A stretch of DNA of 64,000 bases. It comes from Vicugna vicugna. Taxonomy: Eukaryota. Location of the stretch: the NCBI GenBank assembly GCA_013265495.1, contig MU057999.1, forward strand, positions 186,001 through 250,000. The letters run 5' to 3'. A model generated the notes under the pieces. It made no database searches, had not been told where the DNA came from, and worked only from the letters and a program-made list of their open reading frames with translations. The translations under genes and the position numbers were made by a program. Shown here piece after piece: positions 50,741 to 64,000 of this stretch; the first letter of the stretch is position 1; every line of letters begins with the position of its first letter.

Positions 50741-52269
50741 ATGCCTATCTAATATCAGCCTGTGCTCATTCTTGGAGCCAAGAAGGCAAACGGAAAAAAG
50801 ACTCAAAAAGATGCAAAAAAGTTGATTACAAACGTAGTATAAGACACCACGGAGTCAGCCTTAATTTCTTTTTTAAAGGGTAAGTAATTACTTTATTGTC
50901 AAACTATGTATGTTTTTCCCAATTTTTATATATTCCCAAGGGAGCTCTTACACCTCTCTAAAAACAAATCACTAAAAAATGCTTTAGTTCAAAATACTGA
51001 CATATCAATTATGAGCAAATGGCATGATATTATTTGCTCAAAGAGGAATAATTTCAAGTATCATCAATTCCTATTTCTTTTTTTTTTTAATGAGTTTCTA
51101 ACAATTGTTCCTTTAGTGGTTAAGCCCTCTAGGCCTGATTAACCTTAATCCTGACAAAGGCCCACTTCCAGTCTACTCATACAGAAAATGTACGTACTTT
51201 TATGCAGGATGTTCATGTATCCCAGAGAATGAAGTTCAGTATTATTCTGAAATATTCAGGACAAAAATAAATGTGGAAACACAAATTTTAACTTAACAAG
51301 CAACTGTTTACATTTTTCTTTTCTAGCCCCATAAATTATATCACCTCCTTTAACTGTATGGTATGGGGGTGAAGGGCATGGGGGACCTGGAAAAGTCTTC
51401 CACACAAGTCAATGAACATGGAGTAATTATTTTCATGGATAACTCTAAAGGTGACCTTACAGAAATATGAATCAGAATTTGCATTTGGGCTAACTGTTCC
51501 TACAACCAAAGAGTTAAAAAGGTGGCTGGGAAGGTGTGGATGAGGGGTGCTTAAGCCAGTGGGATGGGGTGGAATATGGTCTTGTCTACCAATCTGTCTT
51601 TTTATTTCATGCTTATTGGTAACACATTGCATAAAACTTAAACTCTTCAAATTTGAATATAAATATCTCAGTATTTGAAATAGGAGATAATGCTTTATGG
51701 AATTGGCATTTTTTAAAAAGCCTAGCTGCTCTCATGTGCAAATTTACATATTTTTACTTACCAATTCATTAAATATTCAACCCTATCATGTGTCAGCACT
51801 AATTCGGCGAATAGAGATTTAGATCTGAGCGAAACACAAGTTCCTATCCTCAAGGGATGCACACAGCCAAGTGGTAAAAATAAGCCACCATCTCAGCAGT
51901 TGTGAGAGTGCAAACCCAGGGAACGAGGCTGAAAAGCAACTATGGAGACTGGAGGAGCAGGGTGAGGTGCTGGGGGAGTCTCCTGGGCAACTCAGTTTTA
52001 GGAAGTATTACAGAGGCCGGATAGGTGGGGTAAGGGCCAAGGAAACTGCAGGGCAATGTGGCAAAAGATGATGATGAGCGAGGCCGTGGCGGGTCTGAAG
52101 TCCTCAGGAAGTGAACTCAACAGAGATAGGTTTTCATATAATGGGAATGTGTAAAGTTCCATGCATCACCTCCCTTTACCCTCACATTTTCTTCCAATAT
52201 AAAACAAATAACGTTTACCACAACAAGAGAGACTGCGGAGCAGCTTCCATGCTTGTAGACCAAATGACA

Positions 52270-53785
52270 AGAACTAAGATTGTTCCACACCCAAAGGGGA
52301 TTTTTCTCCCTCTGCTCGATCATTCCTGTCACCAGTGAAACACTTCCTGGTACCGTATCTCCACCAGGAAAACACACATGCCCTGTGCCGCCTGTCCCCC
52401 CTCCCCCAATACTTCTTTGCTCTCCCTGAGTTACTGCTCCGTTTCCCTTCACAGCAAAACGTTCAACAGCCCTGACTGCAGCAGGGTCTCCACTTCCCCA
52501 CCCAGTATCTGCACTGCAACGTGCTCCAGTCCCTGCGGCTTCTTAATTAGCCAGGTCCCACACAGGCTTCTTCCTTCACTTTGCAATACTTTCTTCCCTG
52601 GGCTTCCATGACACCTCATTTTCCTATTTTTGTTGTTGCTTTTTCCAAATACTGTGTCTTCTTCTCAGTCTTCTGCTGCTGTTGTTATTTCTTCTTCCTT
52701 CACTAGTCCATTAAAAGCTGGAGTGCTCAGGACTCAGGCCCAGGACCTCTTTTCCATCTACACTCTCTCCTGAAGCAAGTTCACCCAATACTGTGGCTTT
52801 AAATATGGTTTATATGTTATACTCCAACATTCACATGTTCAATGAGACTGCTTCCCTGAGCTGCAGATTCTCATCTATCTACTCAAAATCCCCACTTAGA
52901 GGCTGACCAATTGGCGTCTCAAACATGGCTTACAACAAATTACTGATTCCTGCTGCCAAAGCAAACTTCTGTTCCTCCTAGAGATTTTCCATCTCTGTAT
53001 ACAGTGTGGCTACACAGCCAGATGTTCAAGCTCCAAATCAACTAGTCACTCCTGATCACTCTCTTTCCTTCTCCACCCACCCCCAACCCCACATCCAATG
53101 GATCCAGGTCCAATCTGCCCCTTCCAATCTCTTGTACTATCTGAATTGGTCCAAAACCACTAATTTTCCTTCCTTAAACTATGCAATAGTTTCTTATAGT
53201 CTCATTACTTCTACTCTCGCCTCCCTACAATCTGATCTCTTTAAAATGACAAATTAGATCATGTCACCCCCTTATTTAAAAAATCCAAATCCTCGAATGA
53301 AATTCCACTGTGTCTAGAATAAATGTAAATGTGCCCCATGGCCTACAATGCCCCCGTCTGTTTCTGTGTCTCTCAGACTCTTCTCCGACTACATTCCAGC
53401 CACAATGGCTTCTGTTCTCTTGTTCCAGCAGCAGCGGCTGGAGGATGGACAGGAAGGGAGGCCAGCTTGTCCCTGCTTTACAGCTTCTGCAATCATGTCC
53501 CTTTTGCCTGGATCTTCTCATAGCTGGCTTTGTGTCATTCAGATCTCAGCTCAAATGCCACCTGCTCAAAGAAGCCTGGCTAAATATTACATCCAAAGTT
53601 ATTTTCTATGATACCATCTATATTTGTTTAAGATAGTGCTTACCAAAATCTTACTTACATTCTTTATCTGCCTCTTCTAACTAGAATGTAAGGCCTAGAA
53701 AGGGAGGAACATCATCTGTTTTGTTCCCTCGTATCTTGAGAGGCAGACATACAGTAGACAATCAATAAATACATACTGAAAGAAT
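52270..53785 (+). mobile_element. Ancient L2 LINE 3' region
   Basis: tcattcagatctcagctcaaatgccacc...ctagaatgtaagg...caataaatacatactgaaagaat. Confidence 0.7.
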
Positions 53786-54993
53786 AACCCAATCCTCCAT
53801 GCTTCTATAAATACAATTTTCCTACAGTGGGGGTGTTACAGGAAAGGACAAACTATAATACAGTTCCTGGTTACTAGAGCCAACTTATAACACACCAGTG
53901 CTTTGTCAATTTGCTTCTTTCCTATAAAAATTACATCTTCTACAAAATCTGTCCAGTGATATTCACAAACCACTGGAATAAGACCAGCCCTGGAAATCTT
54001 ATAACCATGGAAATCATGCTCTTTTCATCGAAGTCAAAGACTCCAAGTAGTTCAACAAGAAAAATCTGTGTAGAGTCTTAAACCATAAAATAAAATGGCT
54101 TACTAACAAAGAGATATGGTTGAAGGCACCACATATCCAGGCAAACTGAGAGCACCTCTCACTACCTGCTAATTTGGGACAGAAGTCGATGACAGTGCTG
54201 TCTTCTCTGCACTGATCTTGAGTACAGAACTATTATTTCTAAACAATGCACAAACCTACACACATTAAAAAATGCAATGAACGTTGGAAGGGATGCTAGA
54301 GTTGAACCGCTCACTTCATGTGCCTAGTACATAATAGATGCTAAATCAATACTTGTTGATTACATGCCTTCGAAGATTGCAGGTTGTGAACAAAAACATC
54401 TAACTTACAGATAGTTCAAAGAGCTTTAAAAAAAGCTGGCCCTTCACAGAGCTGAGTATTTCATAAAACCAAAGAACCAGTGTTAACAAACGGCACACAA
54501 AAAAATCATGCTCTTGGTCTGCTTGGGGTAGAGCACATACTGTGTGGGCTATTTTCCCAGATGGGCTGCTGATTCATAAAGCTCTTTTAGGAACAGCAAG
54601 AGCTTCCAACTGCAGTGCATTCTGTCCTACGTACCTGTGAGGATGGGAGCAGAGGCAAGCACCATCAGGCCTAGCTATTTAAGAGGCCCACTCAACTCTG
54701 CCTTAGGTCAACTAGAAAAACCATAGATACATACATTTCCTGAATTTAATGGCTCTGGAGAAAGTTTCAGCGTTGTAATACTTTCTGGTAATAATAATCT
54801 CAACTTTTTATTAGAACCTGGAGACTGAGCAGAGTCAGCTATATTATTGGTGTTAGGGATTGGGAGCCTGAGTGAGACACCCATGAAATGAAACAGGGAC
54901 ATCTAGCTGTTGCACGTTCAAAGACTTACCAGACACAACCAATCATTCATTATGAACAATATTTTCAATACTGTCATAATATAGAACAAATTC

Positions 54994-54999
54994 TTTAAT
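54994..54999 (-). terminator. Putative distal polyadenylation signal ATTAAA of RYK
   Basis: Plus-strand tttaat; on the minus strand it is preceded by a U-rich tract (GTTTTTTTTAAACAC), about 1 kb after the stop codon. Confidence 0.55.
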
Positions 55000-55688
55000 T
55001 TTCAAGTGTTTAAAAAAAACAAATTCATACTCAAGCCAGCCTTGAAGATAAGCACGAAATGTACCAGTTTACATTTTCCCCCTACAACAACACAAGCACC
55101 CATTCTGTGCATAGCACTGTTTTAGGTGCAATAAATGGGATTCTTAACCTTAGAAACGTGATTTCTGTTTCTGCAATCGTGTTATCTCCTTTTCCAGAGA
55201 GTAAAAATAAATAAAATCACCACTGTTTACTACTGATTTGCCTCAAATCCACTTCTGGCTCACAGAACCGCTAATTTCTGCCAAATTTAAGATGTTTCAG
55301 TGAACTCAGCTCCTACTTCTCCCAAAATAAAAAAGCAGAACTCCTTTTCATTAAAAAAAATAAAAAAGAAACAATTTCCCATAAAAGGGCAGCTTCTGTT
55401 TCTAATAAGTATTTTTTTCTCTAGATTTTCTTTAAGTTTTCTTCCTCTAATATTGCCTTTTCCTGTACAAGACAAACCAACCTCTTTCTCTGTTTTTCTT
55501 TTCCTAAGAAAAAGCTGCATCTTGAAGACAAACCATTCCCAAGACTAGTGATAAATATTAAAAAAAAAAAAACAACAAAACTTTAAAGGTGAATCACCTA
55601 CATTACCTTGATGAAGTCAAAAAATAAAAAGCAGTTGGCACTAAGATAGCTATTCCAGATATCTGTATTTAAACAATTTTAAAAACTG

Positions 55689-55698
55689 TTTATTTATT
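55689..55698 (-). terminator. Overlapping AATAAA hexamers, possible proximal poly(A) signal of RYK
   Basis: Plus tttatttatt = minus AATAAATAAA, about 290 nt after the stop codon. Confidence 0.35.
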
Positions 55699-55989
55699 TT
55701 GTAAGAATGTACCCCTAGTCCAAAGTTAAGTATGCTTAAAAACATTTTTGGCCAAAAAATTTACAAAACCCTTTTCAGTTCAACCTAATAAAAGTGATAC
55801 CTAGAAAATATTCCACATTATTAAGTCTGTATTAAAAAGTTCAGATTCTAAAGCATTCCTAAGGCACGGTGTTCTGGAAGACAAATGTGCTTCTGCTGGC
55901 GCTGTGTGATGTACGAAGCATCCGTGACTGGCTCCAAGTGAGCCCCGACAGGCACCTTTCTCCTGATGCTGTGGGACTGCGAGAGACAG

Positions 55990-56101
55990 TCAGACATAGG
56001 CCCCCAGGGCCGCATGGAACTCTGTGAGACACTGTACCAGCTGCTGGAACTTGGGCCTCTCCTCCGGATCTAAGGCCCAGCAACAAGCCATCACAGCAAA
56101 T
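55990..56101 (-). CDS. RYK: RYK last coding exon to stop codon
   Basis: tcactgcag|A TTT GCT GTG ATG...GCC TAT GTC TGA = (L)FAVMACCWALDPEERPKFQQLVQCLTEFHAALGAYV*. The phase matches the previous exon (CT+A = Leu). Ends in the RYK C-terminal PDZ-binding motif (AYV). Confidence 0.97.
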
Positions 56102-56391
56102 CTGCAGTGACAAAAATGGAACATTTGGCTAGTATTGATACAGCACTTCTTACTTTTTGATCAATTTGACACTAGTTATGTTTTCTGTCTAAATGTGGGT
56201 GTGGAGAGGATGACATACTAAGTATTACCATCTGCTGGCAGCTCTGAAATGAAAAGAAGCTTAAAATGAGTTACCTGGATTTTATGTGTAAATTTCAATT
56301 CTTCATGAGAACATGTCAAAATATATCAGCAAATAGAGATTTTATGTAACTACCTAAAACACAGTCAAAATAATAACATGTGTTATCCTGC

Positions 56392-56583
56392 ACAGCTGAC
56401 ATGGGGGTCAGGGTGCCCAAGATCTGCCTATAACTTACAGTCAGCCCTCTGTACCCCCAGTTCCGCCACATCTGCAGTTTCAACCAGCTGTGGGCTGTGT
56501 TAGTACTCTAGTATTTACCACTGGAAGAAATCCACATATAAGTGGGCCCACACCGTTCAAGCTCTCATTGTTCAAGGGTCAAA
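56392..56583. mobile_element. Tigger2/MER8-like MITE in the last RYK intron
   Basis: gaaatccacatataagtgggcccacaccgttcaagctctcattgttcaagggtcaa resembles a Tigger2 terminus. Confidence 0.7.
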
Positions 56584-57246
56584 GTATTTAAGTTCTGAGA
56601 GAAAGAATTTGGAGGAAGAGGAAGTTTAAGCTGTAAGAACCCTGGATGTACAGTGAAATCAGTGTAAAAGCTGCCACCTCACTATGGCATAAAAAATTTC
56701 AGGGGATTCTGGAACTGAGGCCACATTCATCTGTGCACTCAATCACCCTTGAACAGCCTCCTACCCACTCCAATACCGTTATATGGGAAGACCAGCTATG
56801 TGACAGAAGCAAGAAACAGAACTACCTCACTCACCAGCCAGAACATCTTCCTTAAACGTCTATCAACTGACAACAGCTGTCAAGGTAAGATGGCAACAAG
56901 AAAGGCTCTTTATAACTAAGGATGTTCTTAAGGCTGTTTAAGTAAAAGTCAAGTCCTCACTCTACAAAGAATAACCGACAGAGCGTTCAGTGTTTTCTCA
57001 CTGTGTACATTAGTTTCTTGGATTAGATTAATCCCTATAAATACGAGATGCAAAAAGTCCTCGTGTCAAGTGCATTAAGGGCGAATGAGTCTGGCTGACT
57101 TTGTGGTTCTCTACAAGAGTCTAATTCAAGTCCAAAGAGGCATTATTCTCAAAAGGAAAGTCTCTGTATGAGTGTGGACATCCCTTCTTTTATCCTGACA
57201 TTGCAAATGGAATGAAACCCATGTCTTCAAGCTCAGAAAAACTTAC

Positions 57247-57383
57247 AGTTCATCAGGACAGTTTATCGGCTGGGCTATTCGGTAACCATCTTTCAGGTAC
57301 GCGGCCATCTCAAATGGGTCAATGTCCACGTAGGGCGTCTGGCCTAGAGTCATGAGCTCCCACAGTGTCACTCCAAAGGCCCA
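57247..57383 (-). CDS. RYK: RYK penultimate coding exon (pseudokinase C-lobe)
   Basis: Reverse complement reads ttctcag|TGG GCC TTT GGA...CCT GAT GAA CT|gtaagt = WAFGVTLWELMTLGQTPYVDIDPFEMAAYLKDGYRIAQPINCPDE(L), recognisable as RYK. Canonical AG acceptor (57384-57385) and GTAAGT donor (57241-57246); 137 bp, phase 0 to phase 2. Confidence 0.97.
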
Positions 57384-58940
57384 CTGAGAAGAAGAGCAGT
57401 GTCACCATGAGGGGACAATTAAAACAGTCGTCATGCACCCAAAATAGCAGATCAACCAACTCTTAAAGAAAGCAAAATATCATTTACAAAAAGAAGTCTA
57501 CCATACCTAGTTAGTCTCTTGCATGGACAGAAAAGAACATTTTAATGAATGCGTCCTTTAATGTAAATGTCTTTATTGTATGTTCTCAGGTAATTAGAGC
57601 CATTGGAAAGAATTGTTTTACTGCTGATTACAAGCCCCAGTAACCAAAACTTAATTATGTCTACAATTTTCATAATATGAAAATGTGTTGCTTTAAATAG
57701 TGTAGCTAGTCAACATTTTGAGAAGTGAAAAATGAATATAACTTTAGCCTAAAGGGAAGAGCATCCTGAATAAGTGAAATATGCAAATTATGTAAAAGAC
57801 AACATAGATTTTTACTATATTCAAATAATTTAAATTAACAGATGAGAGTGTCCTGAAAGGGTATCTTCGAACCTCGCTTGAGTAAAAGATCAGATTTATT
57901 AAAATCAACACGTAAAACTACTAGTAGGGGCAGAAATCATAAGCAGTGTCAACAGTGCTCCTTCATGGTCCAACCAGGGCTCCTCCTTTTGGCTGCGGCT
58001 TCTGGGGAGTGTGTGGACAGCAGGCAATGCGTCTACAAAGAGCTGCTGCCATGTGGCCAGGAAGGACTCAGACTGGGGACTTCCGCTGCTCTGCTGACAA
58101 GCATGAACCCTGAGGTCAGAGGAGCTGAAGGTGGATAAGGAGGAAGATACCTGTGTACATGATATCGTGTTTATGAATCCTTTTAAGTTCTAGACATCAT
58201 ACGGATGTCTCATTTAACTTTCACAAAAAAAACTATGAGAATCATTGGCAGCTCAATTTTACAGGTGAGGAAACTGAGGCTCAGAAAAGTAACTTGCCCA
58301 AAAAACCACTTTTTATTATAAAAGATGAAGGGGGGAAAAATAAAAAAAAATTTTAAGGGAAAAAAGAGGAAAAATACACAAGAACAAAGTCTGTTTATAA
58401 AATCTAAGCACAATGCATTAAATTTTAAGTTATTATTTTTAATAATGAAATCCAGAAATACTGTCTAAAGTATACAGATTTTTAAAGCCTTGTATCAGTG
58501 AACAACAGCTTTATTATAATCTATGCAAATAAGAAAACAATGGAACGAGTATCTTTTACAACATCTTTAAAACTATCAATGAAGAATTCTATACTAAGCT
58601 AAAATACACTTGAAAAATTGAGGCAAAATACAGTTTTTCAGAGAAACAAAAGCTGAGAGGATGTCACTGGGAATTTGGATCTGCACAAAGAATGAAGAGT
58701 GCTGAAAACATATGAATAACAACTACATATTTTTTCCTCATTCTCTTAATAGATTATCTAAAGCAAAACCAGTAACAATGTATTGTGGGGTTTATAATAT
58801 ATATGGAAGTAAAATATATGCCCATAAACAGCATAAAGGAAGGGGGTGAATGGAAATACAGCACTGGAAGCTGCTTGTATGAAACACGAGGTGATATAAT
58901 ATTATTTAAAAGTAGAAGGTCTACATTGTAAACCCTAGAA

Positions 58941-59146
58941 CAGGTTTCCCAACTTCAGCACTACTGACATTGTGGGCTGGATAACTCTGTTGCAAGTGGC
59001 TGTCTTGTGCATGGCAGGATCCCTGGCCTCTACTTGCTAGATGCCCCCAGTTGTGATAACTGAAAATGCCCCCAGATACTGTCAAATGTCACCCCAGGGT
59101 GGGGGGTGGGGGCAGGCAAAATTGCCCCCAGTTGAGAAACGCCAAG
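58941..59146. mobile_element. MER20 hAT MITE
   Basis: tttcccaacttcagcactactgacattgtgggctggataactct...aaattgcccccagttgagaa. Confidence 0.85.
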
Positions 59147-59377
59147 CTAGATGGATTAAAGAAAATAAAAAGACACAAATAACCAGTATGAGGAATAAAA
59201 GAGGAAACATTTTTACAGATCCTCTAGACATCAAAAAATATTATGAACTCAACTTTATGCCAATAAATTCAGTATCTTTGATGAAACGACCAAATTTCTT
59301 GAAATACACATATTACCAAAATACACAAAGGAACAGAAAATCTATACAGCCCACTATCTTTTAAAGAAACTGAGTTC

Positions 59378-59497
59378 GGGAGGAGGGTATAGCTCAGTGG
59401 CAGAGCGCCTGCCCAGCATGCGTGAGGTCCTGGGTTCAATTCCCAGTACCTCCAATAAAATAAATAAACAAACAAACAAACCAAATTATCGCTAAAC
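59378..59497 (+). mobile_element. tRNA-Ala-derived camelid SINE (Vic-1-like) in RYK intron
   Basis: gagggtatagctcagtggcagagcgcc...ggtcctgggttcaattcccagtacctcc; perfect 11-bp TSD aaactgagttc (59367-59377 / 59498-59508). Confidence 0.9.
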
Positions 59498-59603
59498 AAA
59501 CTGAGTTCATACTCAAAAATCTTTCCACAAAGAAAACTCTGCATCCAAACAGTTACACTGGGTGAATTCTATCAAACTTGAAAGGAAAAAAATTATACAA
59601 ATC

Positions 59604-60059
59604 TGGATGAGCTTCCTAGAGCTGCCAGAACGAAGAACGAAGTACCACAAACTAGGTGACTTAAACAGTGGTATCTGCCTCACAGCTCTGGAGGCTAGAA
59701 CCCCCAAATCAAGGTGTCAGCAGGGCTATGCTCCCTCTGAAACCTGCAGGGGAGAATCCTTCCTTGCCCCTCGATAGCTTCGGGTGGTCTGAACGCCAGC
59801 AATCCTTGCTGTTCCTTGATTTGCAGCTGCAGCACTTCAGTCTCCACCTGTGTGCACACAACATCCTCCCCTTGCATGCCAGTGTCTCTTTTTATAATGG
59901 TATTAGTCATACTGGATTAAGGTCTACCTTAATTGATTATGACTTCATCTTAACATTATACCTGCCATGACCCTGTTTCCAAATAAAGTCACATTTTGAG
60001 GTATGGGGCTCTGGATTTCAACCTATCTTTGGGGGGAACACAATTCAAACCACAGTACA
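59604..60059 (-). mobile_element. MLT1C/D-like solo LTR nested in an L1 fragment
   Basis: gtaccacaaactaggtgacttaaac...aatcaaggtgtcagcaggg...gggggaacacaattcaaacc. Confidence 0.8.
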
Positions 60060-61674
60060 GTCCTACACAAACTCCAGAAAAAACAGAGGAGGGAACACTT
60101 CTCAATTCATTTTGAAGCCAGCATTATCCTTAATACTAAGACCAAAGAGTTTAGCCTTTAGGAACTTAGTGTCTTTTTCATTAACAGTGATCATTTGATA
60201 GAGCAATGCCCACCCTTGAGGTCTGTGCTTTGGGAGGAAGGAAGAGACAAAGATCAGACGGAGACGGATGTATAGTTTTTAAGTCCCCATAGAAACAGAG
60301 CCTATTGGAATAAACCAATAGGTTTAAGGGAAATGTTCTATTCTGCTTAAAAATGGAAAAATGATTTCAAATTAATAAGAGGTAAAGGAAGGTCCATGCT
60401 TACATCCAGGTAATTTGTCTACCTTTAAGCTTTAATTTATATGAACTTTTAATGATGACAGTGATTAGTAAATGCAATGTTTAGTTTTTAAAATATTGTC
60501 CAATTCCATAGGGAAAGTAGTTCACTACACAGATGGAAGAGAGCCCAAAGAAGTGAACTGGGTGGAAGGGTGTTCCCACCCCTCCTTCACAAGATGAGAT
60601 GTCTGTTCTTATTCACTGATAGTGTCAGCAGCAGGGGGGAGGCACAATCAATCCAAACCAGATTCCGGAGGAAGAAACAATGAGAACCGGTAACAGGAGG
60701 ATACTGCCACTTGATCAACAACCCCATCTACTGACAAGGGATGTTCTAACAACCTCTACTGTCAGGGACTTTCACAGCAATGCTGGTGGTAACTGAGACC
60801 CAGAGTGTATACAGGTACCATACCAGTATAACATACATAAGCTGACTTTAAAAAATTACTTCTTTCACATTGTTCTGTCCACATTATCACTAGGCACCCA
60901 CCTCAGGTTCTCGTATTAAATACTGCAGCAGTAATACACCAAAAAAAGAATACGCCTAAGGGAACACTGCAGTTTCACTTCCTTAGAAGCAAACAAAAAA
61001 AGTGATTAATTACATGTTGGCTCACCAACCCTTATAAAAAAAAATCAAAACCAAACAACACAAGGATGATTTGTGGAAAACTTGCCCTCCAAAGTCTTCT
61101 GATAACTGAACCATTTAAAATTCAGACAGACCTATAATTTCCTCTCATTTGACGTTGTTTGAAAGAGGGCAATAAGAAGGTCAGGATGTTTCACCACCCC
61201 CGAGTTTTTACTTTTAAATGTAACAGTCAATAATGTTGGGGCTATTCAGAGATTTCCATTCTGTTACTTCGGGAATTTATAATGCAAAGCTGACCTCAAT
61301 ATATTATATATGATGAGAAAAAAAATTCTGCCCAATTCTAAATGATCTCATTTGACCACAGTAAAAGCATCAAGTGTTCCACGGTTAGGCCTTTCTGTTC
61401 ATCCTAGAAACCTAACAGCCCTTTCTCGCATATGGAAATGGGTTCAGATTGCACCAAAGTGCAATTAATTTAATCCGGGCAAGTGTTTTCCAAACTTGAG
61501 TAACAAGAAGAATCATCTGCGGAGTTTGTTAAAAGTATAAACTCCTGAGTCCCAAATAATTCTGAGGCCCAGAACTCCATTATTTAAACAAGAGTCCTTG
61601 CTGGGTCTTAAGATCCAGCAAATTTAGGAACCAGTCTTAGATGTGTTAGCCGTGGTGGTCAGGCAGCAAACACA

Positions 61675-64000
61675 GTATTTATTTATTTTTATTGTAGTAT
61701 GGCCTACATACAAAAAACTGTTTCAATTTGGTAAGTTCTGACATGTGTACACCTCTGAAACCATTGCCACAATCAAGATAATGAACACATCCATCACTTG
61801 CAACAGATTCTTACAGCTCTAATCCTTTCCTCCCAGTCCTCCCCACCACCACTCCTACTATCCCCAAATAACCATTAATCTGCTTTCTGTCACTAACATT
61901 AGCCTGCATTTTCTAGAATTTTACATAAATGGAAAGATCAAACTACACTTTTTTGCCTAGCTTCTTTCACACAGGATAATGCTTTTGCGATTCATCCATG
62001 ACGTAAGCGAGTATCAACAGTTCACCCCTTTTCATTGTTGAATTGTATGACTACAGCAGTTTATCCATTTACCTGTTGACGGACATTTGGATTATTTCCA
62101 GGTTTAACTACTAAAAGTAAGGCTGCTATGAACATTTATGTACAAGTAAGTACTGGTAAGGACATATACTTTCATTTATCTAGGAGCAAAACAACTGGAT
62201 GCAGAATATACAATTTAACTTTTTAAGAAACTGCCAAACTGTTTTCTGAAGTGAATGTACCATACTGCATTCCCATCAACAGTGTAAGAGAGCTAGTTCC
62301 TCCAAAACCTTGCAAACACTCCAGCCTACAATTTTAGCCATAGTAACGGGTGTGCAATGGTATTTCATTGTGGTTTTAGCTTGCCATTTTCTTAATGACT
62401 AATTATGTTGATCATATTTTCATGTCCTTATTTGCCATCTATATGTCTTCACTGGTGAAGTACTCTGCCCATTTTAATATTGGGTTGCTTTTTAATCACA
62501 GGTTTCTGCTGCTATCTGAAAGTATTCTTATGAAACATTTTGGAGACTGAAATGGCATAAAGCAAAGCAGCAATCTTGCTAACACGTGCACAATATCAAG
62601 ATAAACCACAGATGCTTACGGATACAGTTCAAAGCTCCGACAGCTTGATTCTGAGATGCTGAGTGTAGTGAGTGTCCAAGAAAGGAATTTGGTAGAGTCA
62701 TCCTCTCTGCTCAAGGTGTGAGAAACCTCTATAAATGGCTACTGCAAAACAAACACTTGAATGTTTTTCACTTTTCACTTTTTTTTTGTAAAACCAAAAA
62801 TCCTCATTGGATTTCTTCTGGTTAGTGAAAACAGGTACTAACAGAGGTCTTTCACAAAAGCAAAGTGGCATAAAGTGAACTTCTGAAAAGTGGGAAATAA
62901 CTGTACTGACTTTTTAGAGTTCTCTAAATATTCTGCAGGTCATGTCCTTGATCAGATACATGATTTGCAAATATATACTCTGAGTGTGACTTGTCTTCTC
63001 ATTCTCTTCATACTATTTCAAAGAGTACAAGTTTTAAATTTTGATAACGTCTAACTCGTTCTTTTTCACATCTTGATTTGATGTCTTACCTAAGACATCT
63101 TTGCTTAATGCAAAGCTCCAAGGATTTTCTTCTACTGTTCTCTTCTGTTAAGTTTCACAGTTTTAGGTTGTGCATTTAGATCTGTGATCTGAGTTAATTT
63201 CTGTATATGGAGCAAGGTATGAATCAAAGTTCATTTTTTGTAGCTGGATATCCAATTGCTCAAGGACCATTTGTCTAAAGGGTAATCCTTTCATCACTGA
63301 CTTGCCTTTACATTTTTGTTGCAAATTAGTGGTCCATACCTATGTGGGTTAAGTTTTAGATGCTCTATTCTATTCCACTAATCTATCCATAATGCCAACA
63401 CTACACTGTCTTGATTACTGTAATTTGAAATCAGACCTCCAAGTTTCTTTTTTCAAAGCTGTTTTGGCTATTCTATGCCTTTGCACTTCTGTATCAATTG
63501 TATCAATCTGTGAACTTCTACCAAAAAATTAAAAGTCTGTAAAGATTTTATTTGGGAATATATTGAATCTATATGGATCAACTTGGAGAGGACCAGCATC
63601 TTAATACTGAGTTTTCTGATCAACAGACAAGGAATACCACTCCATTACGTAGGTCTTTAATTTCTCTCAACAATGTTTTAAAGCATTCATTATACAGGTC
63701 TTTCACATTTTTGTCATATTTATTCCTAAGAATTTCTTATTTTATGATGCTTTATGTTTTTTTTTAAACTTCAATTTCTGAATTATATTAGTATATATAG
63801 AAATACAACTGATTTTGTACATTGATCTTGTATCCTGTAATCTTTCTAACCATCTAACCTCACTAGTTAGTTCTAGTAGCTATTTTGTATATTACACTGG
63901 ATTTTCTTCATAGATAATCATGTCGTCTACAAATAGTTACTTTTTCCTATCCAATATTTTCGTGCCTTTTATTTCCTCTTCTTGCCTTAGTGCACTGGCT
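61675..64000 (-). mobile_element. L1MB-like element (3' end and ORF2), interrupted by a Tigger-like DNA element at ~62510-62905
   Basis: Antisense L1 motifs (ggacatttggattatttccagg, gaaactgccaaactgttttc, gataatcatgtcgtctacaaatag, the last encoding RT FVDDMII). Confidence 0.85.

Larger units (their letters stand above)
54975..55989 (-). other. RYK: RYK 3' UTR (approximate distal end)
   Basis: AU-rich, repeat-free sequence directly after the TGA. The distal end is inferred from the ATTAAA hexamer at 54994-54999 (minus). Confidence 0.7.

Noticed and set aside
55859..56113. 84-aa ORF overlapping the RYK last exon
   Set aside because: Wrong frame; the true exon is defined by splice sites and RYK homology.
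57384..64000. Additional upstream RYK exons
   Set aside because: No kinase-like reading frame with splice sites was seen; the region is intron, mostly repeats.

Overview
Mammalian genomic DNA, very likely camelid: it carries four tRNA-Ala-derived SINEs of the Vic-1 type and cetartiodactyl-type L1 3' ends. The only protein-coding sequence I can support is the 3' end of RYK (receptor-like tyrosine kinase) on the minus strand. This comprises the penultimate coding exon (57247-57383), the last coding exon (55990-56101, ending ...LGAYV*) and a ~1 kb 3' UTR. Everything upstream of RYK in the window (57384-64000) is intron. Positions 1-54900 are intergenic and dominated by transposable elements: nested L1 fragments of several ages, solo ERV LTRs, MaLR, L2/MIR, DNA-transposon MITEs and microsatellites. 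The rest of the ORF track is spurious or L1-derived. I see no evidence of a novel multi-gene system. The most interesting structure is a ~650 bp chimeric retro-insertion flanked by a target-site duplication (TSD), made of young L1 + unrelated DNA + AATAAA/A-tail (29648-30333). Others are a young-L1 filler patching a deletion in an older L1, a MER41-like LTR with a degenerate tandem STAT site, and several candidate cis-regulatory motifs. Repeat family names and most repeat boundaries are from visual recognition and are approximate.
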